64,000 bases of DNA from Okamejei kenojei (GCA_035221665.1 CM069160.1:34534001-34598000); one strand, 5' to 3'; numbered from the stretch's first letter, positions 25,233 to 37,784 are shown. The notes: generated by a model from the sequence alone, not told the origin. Made by a program: numbers and translations.

Positions 25233-25759
25233 GTAAGAGGGGGCGCGGGGGGGGGGGGGGTTGAGCGGGTGATCATATAGAGGTGTATACATTCATGAAG
25301 GGAATAGATATGGTGAGTGCACAGAGTATTTTGCCATGGACATTGAATCACGAATTAGAAAGCTTCAGCTTACGGTGAGCGGGGAAAGATTTAATACAAA
25401 CCTTAGCGGCAATGTTTTCTCATCGAGGGTGATGGGTGAAGTCGCCAAGGGAAGATGCCCTGGTGTATAGAATAATGGGATAGAGTCATTGGGAAAGATG
25501 TATTTCCATGAACTGTCAGACCAATGACTAGGGACAATAGGTTGAAGGTTCTGGTCATTAGGATTGGAGGGGAGCTGGGGAAATTACTTCAACCCAAAGT
25601 GTGTTGAAAGTCTGCAGATCCATGGGCATGTTGGGCAAGCAGTTTAGATAGTGTACTCGTTCACTGTCAACAGTGTCTGAATCCAGAGAGCACCGTCTGC
25701 ACTGTTCTCTGTCTGTGCGCAGTGACTGACACGGTCCTGGGACTTGTTCTTATTTCTAG

Positions 25760-25786
25760 AACTCCAGCTGTTTTGCACTTTGGAAG
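25760..25786 (+). CDS. Gene B cytoplasmic micro-exon 1 (ELQLFCTLE)
   Basis: 27 nt, ttctag / gtaaga; paralogous exon at 55210-55236. Confidence 0.85.
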
Positions 25787-26602
25787 GTAAGATATTTCGG
25801 GGAATTCCGACTCCAATTTACAACGACTGATTGAGAAATGTGTAATGTCGTTTCACAGCCCTTCTCCTGTCTCCGTGGTCCACCTTCCGCTAATCCTAGC
25901 GTCATGTTGGGCACAGACATTGTGGGCCAAAGAGCCTGTTCCTGTGCTGCATCGTTCTATCTTCCTCTTCTGATCCACTCACCACCAAGTCCCTCGTCCC
26001 TTCCATTCTTCTCACCTTTCAGACCGCAGTTCAATGGACTGTGTTTACTCATTTTATGTCTTGGAATCCCTTGGTGAACGAGATAAAAAACATGTTCTCA
26101 TTAATTTATATCTCTAACAGAATTGGACAAATAATTATTTTATCCTGTGAATGTCTGAATACAATTTGGAAGAAACCTACACGAAAAGCCAACTATGTTT
26201 CAGTGAAATCTGCAAATATACACCCAGATTATGGTTTACTTGGGACAAATTCTTCTTGCCTCTTTGCAGTTCTCTTATTTTAACATCGGGAAATCATGAG
26301 TCTCAGGCGGTATTAAAAGGGGCTGAGGGTGTAGCCTTGAGAAACAACAACGTTGAGATTTGTCATGGAAAATGCTCTGTTGCCTGTCCTTACTGATTGC
26401 AGTCTGGGCGTCAGGAAGAGCTCTCTCTCTGCGACCTCCGCCCAGCTTGCTTCAAGATGTTTGGCTGGATGGTTAGAGATGAATAGACCATTTGATCTGT
26501 GCTGTTATTGTGGATTGTAACCTATCTTGTGGACATCTCCATTTCTACTTTGAATCAGCAAACAATGCAAGTTTTGAAGTGTAGTATTTCTGTTTTTTGC
26601 AG

Positions 26603-26629
26603 GTTATGATGATATGGATATTGAATATG
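26603..26629 (+). CDS. Gene B cytoplasmic micro-exon 2 (GYDDMDIEY)
   Basis: 27 nt, ttttttgcag / gtaagt; paralogous exon at 63969-63995. Confidence 0.82.
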
Positions 26630-27500
26630 GTAAGTACAGATAATTCTGCATCCCAATACTTTGTACTATTTCACATTCTATTCCGGCTCACAGAGCCATC
26701 CCATTCTGCCCCTAATGTTTTGTGACCCGTTTGATGAAGCGTTATTGTCACATGTACCTCGGCACATTGACGTTCCTCTCCTCTTCACCCCTCTTGCTCA
26801 CGCTTGCACTGTTACTTTCCTCTCCACCGCTACCTCTCTCACTTCCTAGCACCTTTCCTCCACTCCGCCACCCACCCAACTTGCTCGCCCCCGTGCCTCA
26901 CGCACCTTTACTTCCCATCTTTGCCCCTCTATCTTCTCAATATCCTGCTTTCCCATTTCTCCACCGCTGCATCTTCTGCCCAATCCGCTCCACAATGCTC
27001 TTCCCCTTTCTCAACCCACCTGCCGTCTCCTCTGCCGCTCATCCCACCACTGCCATTTCGGGCGCCACGGTGGAGCAGACGGTAGAGTTGCTGCCTCACA
27101 GTGCGTGAGAACGGGTTCCATCCTGACTACGGGTGCTGCCTGTGCGGAGTTTTTACATTATCCCAGTGACCGCGTTGGTTATCTCCAGGTGTCCCGGTTC
27201 CCTCCCACACTCCGAAGATGATTTTTCAATTTGAGGATTAATTGTCTACTGTAAATTGTCCCACGTTGTAAGATACTGTTAGTGTACGGGGTAGTCGTTG
27301 GTCGGTGCGGACTCGGTGGGCCGAAGGACCTGTTTTATGCTGTATCTCTAAAGTGACGGTCCCCTGCCCATTTGTACTCTCCCTCCTCACCCTTGCCGCA
27401 CGGGTTGACGCGCCCCGTTCTCATTCTGCTCAACCCCAGTGGCACTCTCCTGGTCCCCTGGGACCACCTGCCCCTCACTTGCTCGGGAGACAGGTTTTAT

Positions 27501-27880
27501 GTAAAAACAGCGCATCCAGGCTTACCGAGAGGCGAAATATGTCGGGACATCTCCCTGTGGGAAGAGGTTTACCTGGTCTGGCGGGGAGTCGGGACTGGTC
27601 CCAGAGTCTGTGGAGAGGTGGAGGCGGTTGAGACCGGGAGGGTGGTCCCTGGAGCGCTTGGGAGACAGGTTTTTTATCTTACCGGAATCCAATCTCCCCA
27701 TTCCGTCCCATCCCCGGGAACGAGTCTGGGAAAGTTTCATTCTACGACGCGGACTCCAAGTCCTTTCTCTACTCCTTCACTGGGAATACATTCACGGAGA
27801 AACTTTATCCTTTCTTCGCCACTTGGGACATAAACCATTCACTGAGAATCTGCCAAGTTCCAGTCTGCGCCTTAAAGTAG
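27501..27880 (+). pseudogene. Decayed B30.2 (PRY/SPRY) exon of gene B
   Basis: Motifs in shifting frames: VKTAHPGL, GKRFT, ESVERWRRLRP, PESNLP and ESGKVSFYDADSKSFLYSFTGNTFTEKLYPFFATWDINHSLRIC; the GRHYWEV and VGVYL segments are missing. Confidence 0.85.
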
Positions 27881-28189
27881 TCGGGACCAGGGGCTGGCGT
27901 CAGGAGCGTGGGCCATGACTGTGGGATAGACCGGTCGGTGCTGAACGAGACCCGTTGAATCCTCAAATTCCACGTCATAAACCCCCAGCGAGCGCAGATG
28001 TAAATGCAGCCGAAGACCGCGGTACAAAGCGAATACAGCGGGTCTCTCCTCCCTCACTTGTTCAATAGTGTTGCATTGCCATTTGCAGCGAAACGGAACA
28101 ATAACATTATTTGGAGAAATAATGAACTGCAGATGCTGGTTTGCAAACAAAAAGACAGAAAGCGCTGTAGTAATTCAACAGAAGTAACC

Positions 28190-28875
28190 ACCGGGTGGCT
28201 GCCTCGCCAACAGTCCCTTCCTGCTTTAGTGTTTTTTAGTATGTGTTAAATGAATGTTTTAGTGTTCTTGAGATGGTTTTACGCGGGGGATGGGGGTGGG
28301 GAGATTGGGGCGAATTTTTTTAAAATCTCTTACCTCGACGGAGATGCGATTATTTTCCGTATCGTATCTCCGTCCGCACTGCGGCCTAACAACGAGGAGC
28401 TGGCAAACTTTGCTGCAGACCGACTCCGGGAGCTCCAACCGCGGGAGCCTGCCGACTTACCAACATGGAGCTTGCGATCCCTGTCGGGGATCGACCTGGG
28501 AGCTCCGACCGTGGCAGCCTGTGGACTTTAACATCAAGCAGCTCGCGGTCTCTGCTTAGAGTCCGACTTCGGGAGCTCCAAGCCGCGGGATTCGATCGCC
28601 CCGACGCGGGAGCTTTGATCGCCGGCTGCGGGGGCTTCGGTCGCCCCGACTGCGGATGGTTCGTCTGCCCCGTCCGCGGGAGAATAAGGGGGAAAGAAGA
28701 TAAGACTTTATTGCCTTCCATCACAGTGAGGAATGTGGGGAATCCGCTGTGCTGGATGTTTATGTTCACTTTGATGTAGTTGTCTGTCTTGTTTTATTTA
28801 GTATGGCTGCATGGTAAATAGAATTGCACTGTACCTCAATTGGTAAATGTGACAATAAAATGACCTTGACCTTGA
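28190..28875 (+). mobile_element. GC-rich non-autonomous retroelement with an AATAAA-(TGACCT)n tail
   Basis: Internal imperfect repeats (cgggagct), 3' end gacaataaaatgaccttgaccttga. Family not determined. Confidence 0.5.
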
Positions 28876-29839
28876 GTAGAGGCAGGATCTCTGGTTGCGG
28901 GCTGGGGCCCTTTTTCAAAGCAAATTATTTACATAATAATTACATTCTTACTGGCAGCAGCAAAACAAGTCTGTGAAAACCATAGTCAATAGATAACATC
29001 AGACACCAACAAATACGTTCAGTAAATAAAATAAATAATATTGGCCCAAATCAAAACAAAAGGCCGAGATCCCTAGTGCAGTGAAGACAGTTGGTTGTCG
29101 AATGTAGACACAAAAAGCAGCAGGAACTCAGCGGCTCAGGCAGCATCTCTGTGCAGGAGGATGACCGATCACATTGCGTCCTTCATTCCCTGATGCCGTC
29201 CTGCATCATTCTGATTGGTGGCGCCAGTCGCAATCCCTGCATGCACATAAGATGCTGATGCATGCAGTGCATGCCGGTGAGAGGATTGCCCATGCAAATG
29301 CGGAACTGAGTCCCAGACGTGTAAGACTGTGCAGGAAGGAATTGTGGATGCTGGTTACAGCGAGGATAGACACAGAGTGCTGGAGTAACTCAGCTGAGCA
29401 GGCAGCATCTCTGGAGAGAGGAATAGATGACGTTTGAGTCGAGACCATAGAGTTAAAATTCAACCATGTACGACATTTAAAGACCATGTCCATTTTAGTT
29501 TGGTTCATTGTTGTCACGTGTATCAAGGTACAGTGAAAAGTTTTTTTTTCGTGCTGTCCAGTCAAAATAAAGATTATACATGATTGCAATCAAGCTCCGA
29601 TATAGGATCAAGGTTACAACACTTATTATATTACAATGACGTCTGATAAAGTCCCATTAAATATAGGTGAAAGGTTTCTAATAACGTAGATGGGAGGTCA
29701 GGTCCGCTCACTAGATGTTGGTAAGATGATTCAGTTGCCTGATAACAGCTGGGATGAAACTATTCCTGAACGGAGTTGTGCGTTTTCACACTTATCTACC
29801 TCTTGCCTGATGGGGAGGGGAGAAGAGGGAGTGATCGGG

Positions 29840-31045
29840 GTATATAAAAAAGGAGATAGGATAAATCCTGCAAATTATCGCCCAGTTTCACTGACCTCCA
29901 TACCATGCAAGATTCTCCAACATATAATCCACCGACATATTATGAACCATAGTGACTTCCACAAGGTACTAACAATCCACCAACATGGCTTTAGACAGGG
30001 TCGATCATGTGAAACCCAACTGGCGGGACTCATCGATGATCTAGCCAGGCCACACGAAAACAAGGGTCAGACCGATCTGATTATATTAGACTTCAGTAAG
30101 GCTTTTGATAAGGTTCCCCACAAGTGGCTTCTGTACAAGCTCAACCATGTAGGAATATACAGCAACCTCTTAAAATGGATTGAGATATTTTTGACCAGGA
30201 GACACCAGCGAGTTCACTTGGAGGGAGAGACGTCTATTGAAACTTCTGTGACATCAGGTGTACGACAGGGGACTGACATGGGTCCATTGCTCTTCCTACT
30301 GTATATCAATGACATTCCAAATGCAGTTTTGTCCAGAGTTCGACTCATCACAGATGATGCCATAATTTATAGAGAGATTAAAACACCAGAAGACAGCTTG
30401 TCCTTACAGTAGGATCTGGATGCTCTCTGTGAGTGGGGGAAAACCTGGCAGATGTCATTCAATACAACCAAATGTCATACCATGCATGTCCTACACAAGA
30501 TTAAACCACTTGTATCAGAATACAACAAGGGTAGCTATACATTGCTTGCTGTCGACCATCACCCATATCTAGGATTTGAATTAAGCAAACATTTAAGTTA
30601 GGCGACGCATATTAGTCAAGTGTCTAACAAGGCAAATGGAACTCTCGGCCTACTCAAGATAAATGTTCACGCATGTGGTACATCCGTCATAGAGAATGCT
30701 TACAAGTCCTTGGTCAGGCCCAAACTGGAGTATTGTGGAGCCGTATGGGATCCTTTCACCAACAGCAGCAAGATCACCCTGGAGAAAGTACAACGCCAAG
30801 CAGCCCGCTTTGTATGTAATGACTACAAGCGCAAATCAAGCGTGAATAATATGCTGACTTCTCTCGGATGGGATTCCCTAAAGCTCCGCAATTCACAAAG
30901 ATAGTCATAACATCACGCCATCAAATCTCCCGTCATCCCAGAGCACCAACTGCCATGAAACAAGACAAAATAACAGTCCCTACATCATCCATCGCTGAAT
31001 TTCAATAAACCTTGTTACCAATATTCCCTTTACCCAAGGACGATA
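29840..31045 (+). mobile_element. Divergent CR1-group LINE RT fragment, distinct from the dominant CR1 family
   Basis: NYRPVSLTSIPCKIL, QHGFRQGRSCETQL, LDFSKAFDKVPH, AYKSLVRPKLEYCGAVWDP; internal stops. Confidence 0.85.
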
Positions 31046-31349
31046 ACGCCCCTGTCCCACTTAGGAAACCCGAACGGAAACCTCTGGTGAACTAGCGCCC
31101 CACCCAAGGTTTCCATGAGTCGCCAGAGGTTTTGGTCACTCGCCTGGAAAGCCTCGACCGAAGCGTGAGCTGCATCTACTGACACGTGCTGCTCCCGATG
31201 TTAAGTAATTTAAAAGGGGAATTGAGCAGCTGGATCTCCTTAACTTGGTCAAAAAGGCCCACTTTAAAATGTAATCACTACTCTAGTCAGTACGCAGTAA
31301 ACAACCAGAACCAGTTGTGCAACATTCCGGGCCGCATTGAGGAAACCTC

Positions 31350-32240
31350 ACCCGGTTTCACTTTCTCCACCCCGCCCATTTCTGGCTTCCATTTTATGAA
31401 AACTTGAGAGGATTTCTCCCTCTCTCCCCGGCGGCCGCCGTTCCCCTACGGGATTCCCGCACTCCAGGCTGAAGAAAGCGCTCTCTCTGACGCCGGTTAC
31501 TCCGCGCTGTTGCTGGGCGCCGGTGACAGACTCGGCCCCCGGGGACAAGGAGGGTCCCGGCCGGAGGGAGGGAGGGAGGGAGGGGAAGCGGCCGCGCCGG
31601 GCGGGGATTGATCAGGTGAGTGGGCTCCGGGACAACTCACGGCGCCGGAGCCGCTGGGACAAAGCGATCACTCACTCACCAGTTTGCCGGCGGCATTCGG
31701 CGAAAGGGAACCCCCGCTGCCCCGGCCCGGCCCACTGCCCCCGGGGTCCGGCTCGGTCCCAGTCCCAGTAGGTTTCCGGGTCCGAATCGGTCCCAGTCCC
31801 GGTAGGTTCCCGGGTCCGGCTCGGTCCCAGTCCCGGTAGGATCCCGGGTCCGGCTCGGTCCCAGTCCCGGTAGGTTCCCGGGTCCGGCTCGGTCCCAGTC
31901 CCGGTAGGTTCCCGGGTCCGGCTCGGTCCCAGTCCCGGTAGGTTTCCGGGTCCGGCTCGGTCCCAGTCCCGGTAGGTTTCCGGGGCCGGAGCGGCGAGTC
32001 TGGTCGCTCGGGAGAGCGGGTGCGGGTCAGGGAGGGAGGGGGCGGCAGTCGGTGACACCTCGGGAGCGCTGGCCGGTCACCGGGATTTGTTTAATCCCAG
32101 TGGTCACGGTTCAGTCTGTGACGGGCGGGCGGGATGTGGCCGCGATTGCAAGAAGGGAACTTGCTGCTCCACTCTCTGAAACTCTGGGCCGGCGGCGGCG
32201 TCCCGAACACCGACCGCGGCGACAAACTGCGCTGAAACGG
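31350..32240 (+). promoter_or_regulatory. CpG island and probable promoter / non-coding first exon of gene C
   Basis: Dense CpG; ISRE/IRF-E GGTTTCACTTTC at 31354-31365, GC box at 31370-31377, consensus donor CAG|GTGAGT at 31615/31616. Confidence 0.7.
31743..31985. repeat. 34-bp CpG-rich minisatellite, ~7 copies
   Basis: Unit cgggtccggctcggtcccagtcccggtaggttcc (e.g. starts at 31811 and 31845). Confidence 0.95.
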
Positions 32241-33820
32241 TTCATGTGTTACTGCTGCGAACATATTAATGTAACTGAACCCGGAGTTGCGACATTGGGA
32301 AGAAACGGATCTGATTTTTAAACTCCTGCCGAAACAGTAAAAGCTGTATTGGTGGGCCATGGAGGAGCTTCCTCTACATCGGCGGCACGGCAGAGTTACT
32401 GCCTCACAGCGCCGGAGAGCCGGGTTCGATCCTGACTACGGCCGGGTGCTGTCTGTACGGAGTTTGTACGTTCCCCCCGCGACTGCGTTGGGTTTCTCCA
32501 AGATCGTCGGTTTCCTCCCACACTCCAAAAGCGTTGATGGTTAATTGGCTTGGAATATGTGTGAATTGTCCATTGTGTATAGGATAGTGTTCGTGTACGC
32601 TAGTCGGCATGGACTCGGTGGGCCGAAGGGCCTGTTTCCGAGTTGTATCTCTAAACTATACAGCACAGAGTTGGACTCTGCACCAGTGGCCACTGTGATC
32701 TCCCAGCTACAAGCCCTCCCGTCCCGCCCATGCCCTGCTGTGCCGGTGAGGGGGAGGGGGGGTGAGGCAGTGAGAACTAGCGAGGCAACACCTCGTTGTC
32801 CCAAGAAAGAACTGCAGAAGCTGGTAAAATCGAAGGTAGACACAAAATGCTGGAGAAACTCAGCGGGTGCGGCAGCATCTATGGAGAGGAGGAATTGGCG
32901 ACTTTTCTGGTCGAGACCCTTCTTCAGTCTGAATTTCTTCTCTCCATAGATGCTGCCTCACCCGCTGAGTTTCTCCAGCATGTTGTGTCTACCTCGTTGA
33001 CCACCTGCGTTACCCACAGTGGAATGGACATCCACATTTTCTAATATCAGGTAACCCTCACCGCAGTGCTTCCGACCTCCATCCTAACCACCTCCCTTCC
33101 TTCCCTTCCTTCCATTTATATTGCCTTTCCCGAAACTGCCCCTCCATTTCCTCATCGCCCAGTTTAATCTCCTCGCCTCCTGATTCCATCCGTCAACTTC
33201 CCACATTTCACCCACCGAATCGCCTCCCCCAGCTGCTGCTATCTGCCTGCCCTTCACCTCTCCATATGATTGCCCTTCTGTATCACATTCCGGCACTGGC
33301 TCCTCTGTGTTCCTGCTGATCACCGTCCAGTGATATCACTCTCCCCTCCCCATCTGCTCATCAACTTTCACCTCTTCTCAGCCCACCAAAGGGGTCCCGT
33401 CTCACCCCTCCCTCTTTCCTCTTCACATCGGATATCTTCCCTTCCACTCTTTGTTTTAATGTTCTCCTCGACTTGAACCATGAACAATTTATCCCCCCCC
33501 CCCACTTCACCACCCCCCCCCCCCCCTTCACCCACACCCCCTACACCGCCCCCCCTGCACCTCCCCCCCCCCAAATCCCAGTTAAAATGTCAGTCCTGGA
33601 GTTTAGCAGTGCAATTTAGGTGAGTGAAATTTGAGTTTGTGTATGCTTTTGCTAATCTCGATAACTGACTGATTGTGAATGGATATACCAGTTAAAATAA
33701 CAGCAAATTAAATCCTTACTATGAATAATATTAATGTCAATATTCAAGTGATGCTCCTTTTATTCAATGTAACTCGGCCTTCTCCCTTCAAGACAAAATG
33801 CGCCGTGGTTTCATTCCGAG

Positions 33821-33875
33821 ATGAAGGGAAGACGCGGGATTGTACTGATGCTACTTCTCCAGACTGTAATGATGG
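33821..33875 (+). CDS. Butyrophilin-like gene C, signal-peptide exon (MKGRRGIVLMLLLQTVMM)
   Basis: Acceptor ccttctcccttcaag at 33792, ATG at 33821, donor G|gtaagc, phase 1; homologous to the gene B leader. Confidence 0.85.
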
Positions 33876-34412
33876 GTAAGCTGTGGAATAGTCACTGCAA
33901 GAGTCAATCGTGCCTTGTTTGGTAGTTTGCACACTCGGTCTAGTCTTACATGAGTTGAGACTGGGCGGAAACGGGACAGTCAGCGACCGCGTGGGTGGAG
34001 TCGGAGATGGGGGATTCAAAGCCCTTGCTGAGCCATGAGGCACAGCCTGGGTCAATTCAATTCAGTTTTATTTAGCATATGTAGGTTAACACAGGGTCAA
34101 CGGTACAATGAAATGTGTTTGACAAGATGCTGCCCTGTTGTAGCTACTGTCTTTAGTTGTGATGAAACTGCTGACCTGAAGAGCTTGTCCCCTGAAGAGG
34201 AACGTGTTCGGCTGCCTGAATATTGTTTGTCCTTCAGCAGTGTCACTGAAAGCGAATATCTTGTCGCTATCACGTTGCAGCCCATGTGAGCTTGCTGTGT
34301 ACATTTGGCTTCCTGCATCACAACAGTGATGACACTTCCCTTGGCACCAAATGTCTACTGTAGCCTGTTGGCAAATATTCTTCAATCTCTATACTCTTAT
34401 GTGGATAGAACA

Positions 34413-34630
34413 TGTGTGGTACATGGATAGGACAGGTGTGGTACATGGATAGGACAGGTGTGGTACATGGATAGGACAGGTGTGGTACATGGATAGGACA
34501 GGTGTGGTACATGGATAGGACAGGTGTGGTACATGGATAGGACAGGTGTGGTACATGGATAGGACAGGCGTGGTACATGGATAGGACATGTGTGGTACAT
34601 GGATAGGACATGTGTGGTACATGGACAGGA
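34413..34630. repeat. 22-bp minisatellite, ~10 copies (gtgtggtacatggataggacag)
   Basis: Direct inspection; the unit resembles the CR1 3' UTR it sits in. Confidence 0.95.
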
Positions 34631-35006
34631 CAGGACAGGAGGGATATTGACCAAAGGCAGGCAGGTGGGACTAGTGTAGCTGGGACATGTTGGCCGGTGT
34701 GGGCAAGTTGGGCCGAATGACCTGTTTCCACACAGTATCGCTCTACGACTCTATGACTAATTATGGACTGGCCATTTCCAATTGAACAGATGCACCAACC
34801 ATTTTCCTACCTCTCTCAATCTGCTCTCTCCATGAAGGGTCTACTTACATTATACTGTCTGTTTCCATGGCATTCAGCAGCCTCTACTACACAGCTCCGT
34901 GTGGCATGTGTTACTGCTGAGTGTGGATATGTCAGGCCTGTACTTGCCATTCACACACTAGCTGGCATTTCCCATTTCAGATTTCCACCGTCCACGGGGT
35001 TCTTTC

Positions 35007-36128
35007 ATAGAAACATAGAAACATAGAAAATAGGTGCAGGAGTAGGCCATTCGGCCCTTCGAGCCTGCACTGCCATTCAATATGAACATGGCTGATCATC
35101 CAATTCAATATCCAGTACCTGCCTTCTCTCCATACCCCCTGATCCCTTTAGCCACAAGGGCCACATCTAACTCCCTCTTAAATATAGCAAATGAACTGGC
35201 CTCAACTACCTTCTGTGGCAGTGAATTTCAGAGACTCACCACTCTCTGTGTGAAAAATGTTTTCCTCATCTCGGTCCTAAAGGAACTCCCCCTTATCCTT
35301 AGACTGTGACCCCTTGTTCTGGACCTCCCCAACATCGGGAACAATCTTCCTGCATCTAGCCTGTCCAACCCCTTAAGAATGTTGTAAGTTTCTATAAGAT
35401 CCCCCCTCAGTCTTCTAAATTCTAGCGAGTACAAGCCAAGTCTATCCAGTCTTTCCTCATATGAAAGTCCTGACATCCCAGGAATCAGTCTGGTGAACCT
35501 TCTCTGTAGCCCCTCTATGGCAAGAATGTGTTTCCTCAGATTTGGAGACCAAAACTGTACGCAATACTCCAGGTGTGGTCTCACCAAAACTCTGTAAAAC
35601 TGCAGTAGAACATCCCTGCTCCTATACTCAAACCCTTTCGCTATGAATACCAACATACCATTTGCTTTCTTCACTGCCTGCTGCACCTGGATGCCTACTT
35701 TCAATGACTGGTGTACCATGACACCCAGGTCTCATTGCATCTCCCCTTTTCCTAATCTGCCACCATTCAGATAATAGTCTACCCTCCTGTTTTTGCCACC
35801 AAAGTGGATAACCTCACATTTATCCACATTATACTGCATCTGCCATGCATTTGCCCACTCACCCAGCCTATCCAAGTCACCTAGCATCCTCCTCACAGCT
35901 AACACTGCCCCCTGCTTTGTGTCATCCGCAAATTTGGAGATATTGCATTCAATTCCCTCGTCCAAATCATTAATATATATTGTAAATAGCTGGGGTCCCA
36001 GCACTGAGACTTGCGGTACTAGTCACTGCCTGCCATTCTGAAAAGGATCCGTTTACTCCTACCCTTTGCTTCCTGTCTGCCAGCCAGTTCTCTATCCACA
36101 TCAATACTGAACCCCCAATACCATGTGC
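35007..36128 (-). mobile_element. CR1 LINE 3' fragment
   Basis: ORFs 35228-35719 and 35732-36004 carry CR1 RT motifs; tail (catagaaa)n. Confidence 0.9.
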
Positions 36129-37339
36129 TGTGTGCTCTCATTATCCCTTTATTTCCTCTCATTATCACCACACTTCCAGCACTTAACGCTGGGAAGAGTC
36201 TGCTTGCCTCCCAATTCACCATTTATATCTTAAATATTTAAACCTCTCATCACACTGATGATCATTTCTTTTCTGGGTTACCCAGTTCTCAATATCCTGC
36301 GTGAATCTTCAGTTAACAGATTCAAATTGACTTCAAGGAAAGATAATCCAACTGTCCTTGCAAACCTGTCTGCCATTTGTACTCAGCGACAGTCACATAG
36401 ACACTCATGTGTAGAGAGTCTGTGTCTTGGTGGGGGAATGTTGGCCGGGACACTGGGAGAACTCCTTGCACATTAAATAATGTTCTGAGCTGTTCCATTC
36501 CACCACAAGTGCTGGACTTCAGAGTATCTTGAACCAGACCCCACCTGCAACGGTACAACACCGGGTCAGCCCTCCACTGAAGTGTCAGCTCATATTATGA
36601 GCTCTGCTACTGAAGTGACTCCCAAGTGGAGGAGAAGTCAGGCTTTTATTGGGTTTGCAAAGTCATGAATGATTTGAAGTGAATCCAGAAAAGTTTCTTG
36701 TTCAGTGTTTGTGGCTGCATTTGAATCACAATTGTGTTTAAACGTGAATCGGTGTTTAAACAATTTCCACTCTGAAATGGCATTACTGGCAATGCCAGCA
36801 TTTAATGCCCATCTCCACTTGCCTCTGAATCAAGTTGATGTAGGGTGGGGGGGTCATTTCAGATTCTGGATCAAAGAGTACAACATTGCTGCGTATCTGG
36901 GAGTTACATGGAGTCACAGACTGGGGAAGGGCAGCAGCTTTGTTTCTTTAAAGGACATTTTTCAACTTGCTGGATTCCTTGGTGTGCGGGAGAGTGTAGG
37001 CAGAGTGTTCTGAGTACCCCTGACCTGTTTAATTGGTGGGAAAGGAAAGTACACAAGAATATGTGGCTATTGAACTGCTGAGGCTAGTTTATACCGAAGG
37101 CAGACATAAAATGCTGGAACAATTCACAGGGTCAGGCAGAGGAATAGGTGATGTTTCCGGTTGAAAATATATGCAGCAGCTTTCATTATGCATTGAATCT
37201 TTCATATGAGCAATGTATCCAGACCAATGATATTTGGAAGAGTTCCAAACTATGACAAAATAATCACATTTGCTTTCTTTAAATCGCCTGCAGGAAAGAT
37301 TCCACAAATATTCTGAAGCTTAACCATTGTATTTTCTAG

Positions 37340-37687
37340 AGGAGTTCTATGTGATTGTGCCGGACTATCCGGTGGTGGCCATGGTGGGTGAAGATGTCCT
37401 ATTGGAATGTCAGAAGGTACCGGATACATCACTGGACGCTCTGGAGGTCCGATGGTTTACAACGAGCCCGGGGTCACCGGTACATTTATACACCGGCGGC
37501 CAGGACCGACCTGAGGTGCAGGACGGGGCTTACCGAGGGAGGACGGAACTTATTCGGGAAGAGTTTCCCCGTGGAAACGCATCGCTTAAACTGAAGAGGG
37601 TCAAAGTATCAGATGCTGGAATGTACACGTGTTCCATCAGCACCCCCACGTACAGTCAGCAGGCGGCGCTGCGGTTGCAGGTTGAAG
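37340..37687 (+). CDS. Butyrophilin-like gene C, IgV exon copy 1
   Basis: EEFYVIVPDYPVVAMVGEDVLLECQ...EVRWF..PVHLY..QDGAYRGRTELIREEFPRGNASLKLKRVKVSDAGMYTC; 348 nt, ttctag / gtgagt. Confidence 0.93.
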
Positions 37688-37784
37688 GTGAGTCCCTCTG
37701 GAGGCATAGAGTTCACACCAGGGTTTACATCGGGAATGTCAGTAAGCTGCCCCTCAGACTGGGATTTTACTGGGAAGTTCAAGT

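Noticed and set aside
31047-31200. GCCCCTGTCCCAC-starting segment resembling a MITE end near the gene C promoter
   Set aside because: No matching second terminus or TSD found.
31672-32058. Repetitive ORFs over the 34-bp repeat (likewise 34318-34731 over the 22-bp repeat); CRISPR-like appearance
   Set aside because: Head-to-tail minisatellites with no unique spacers, in a eukaryotic context; the ORFs are by-products.
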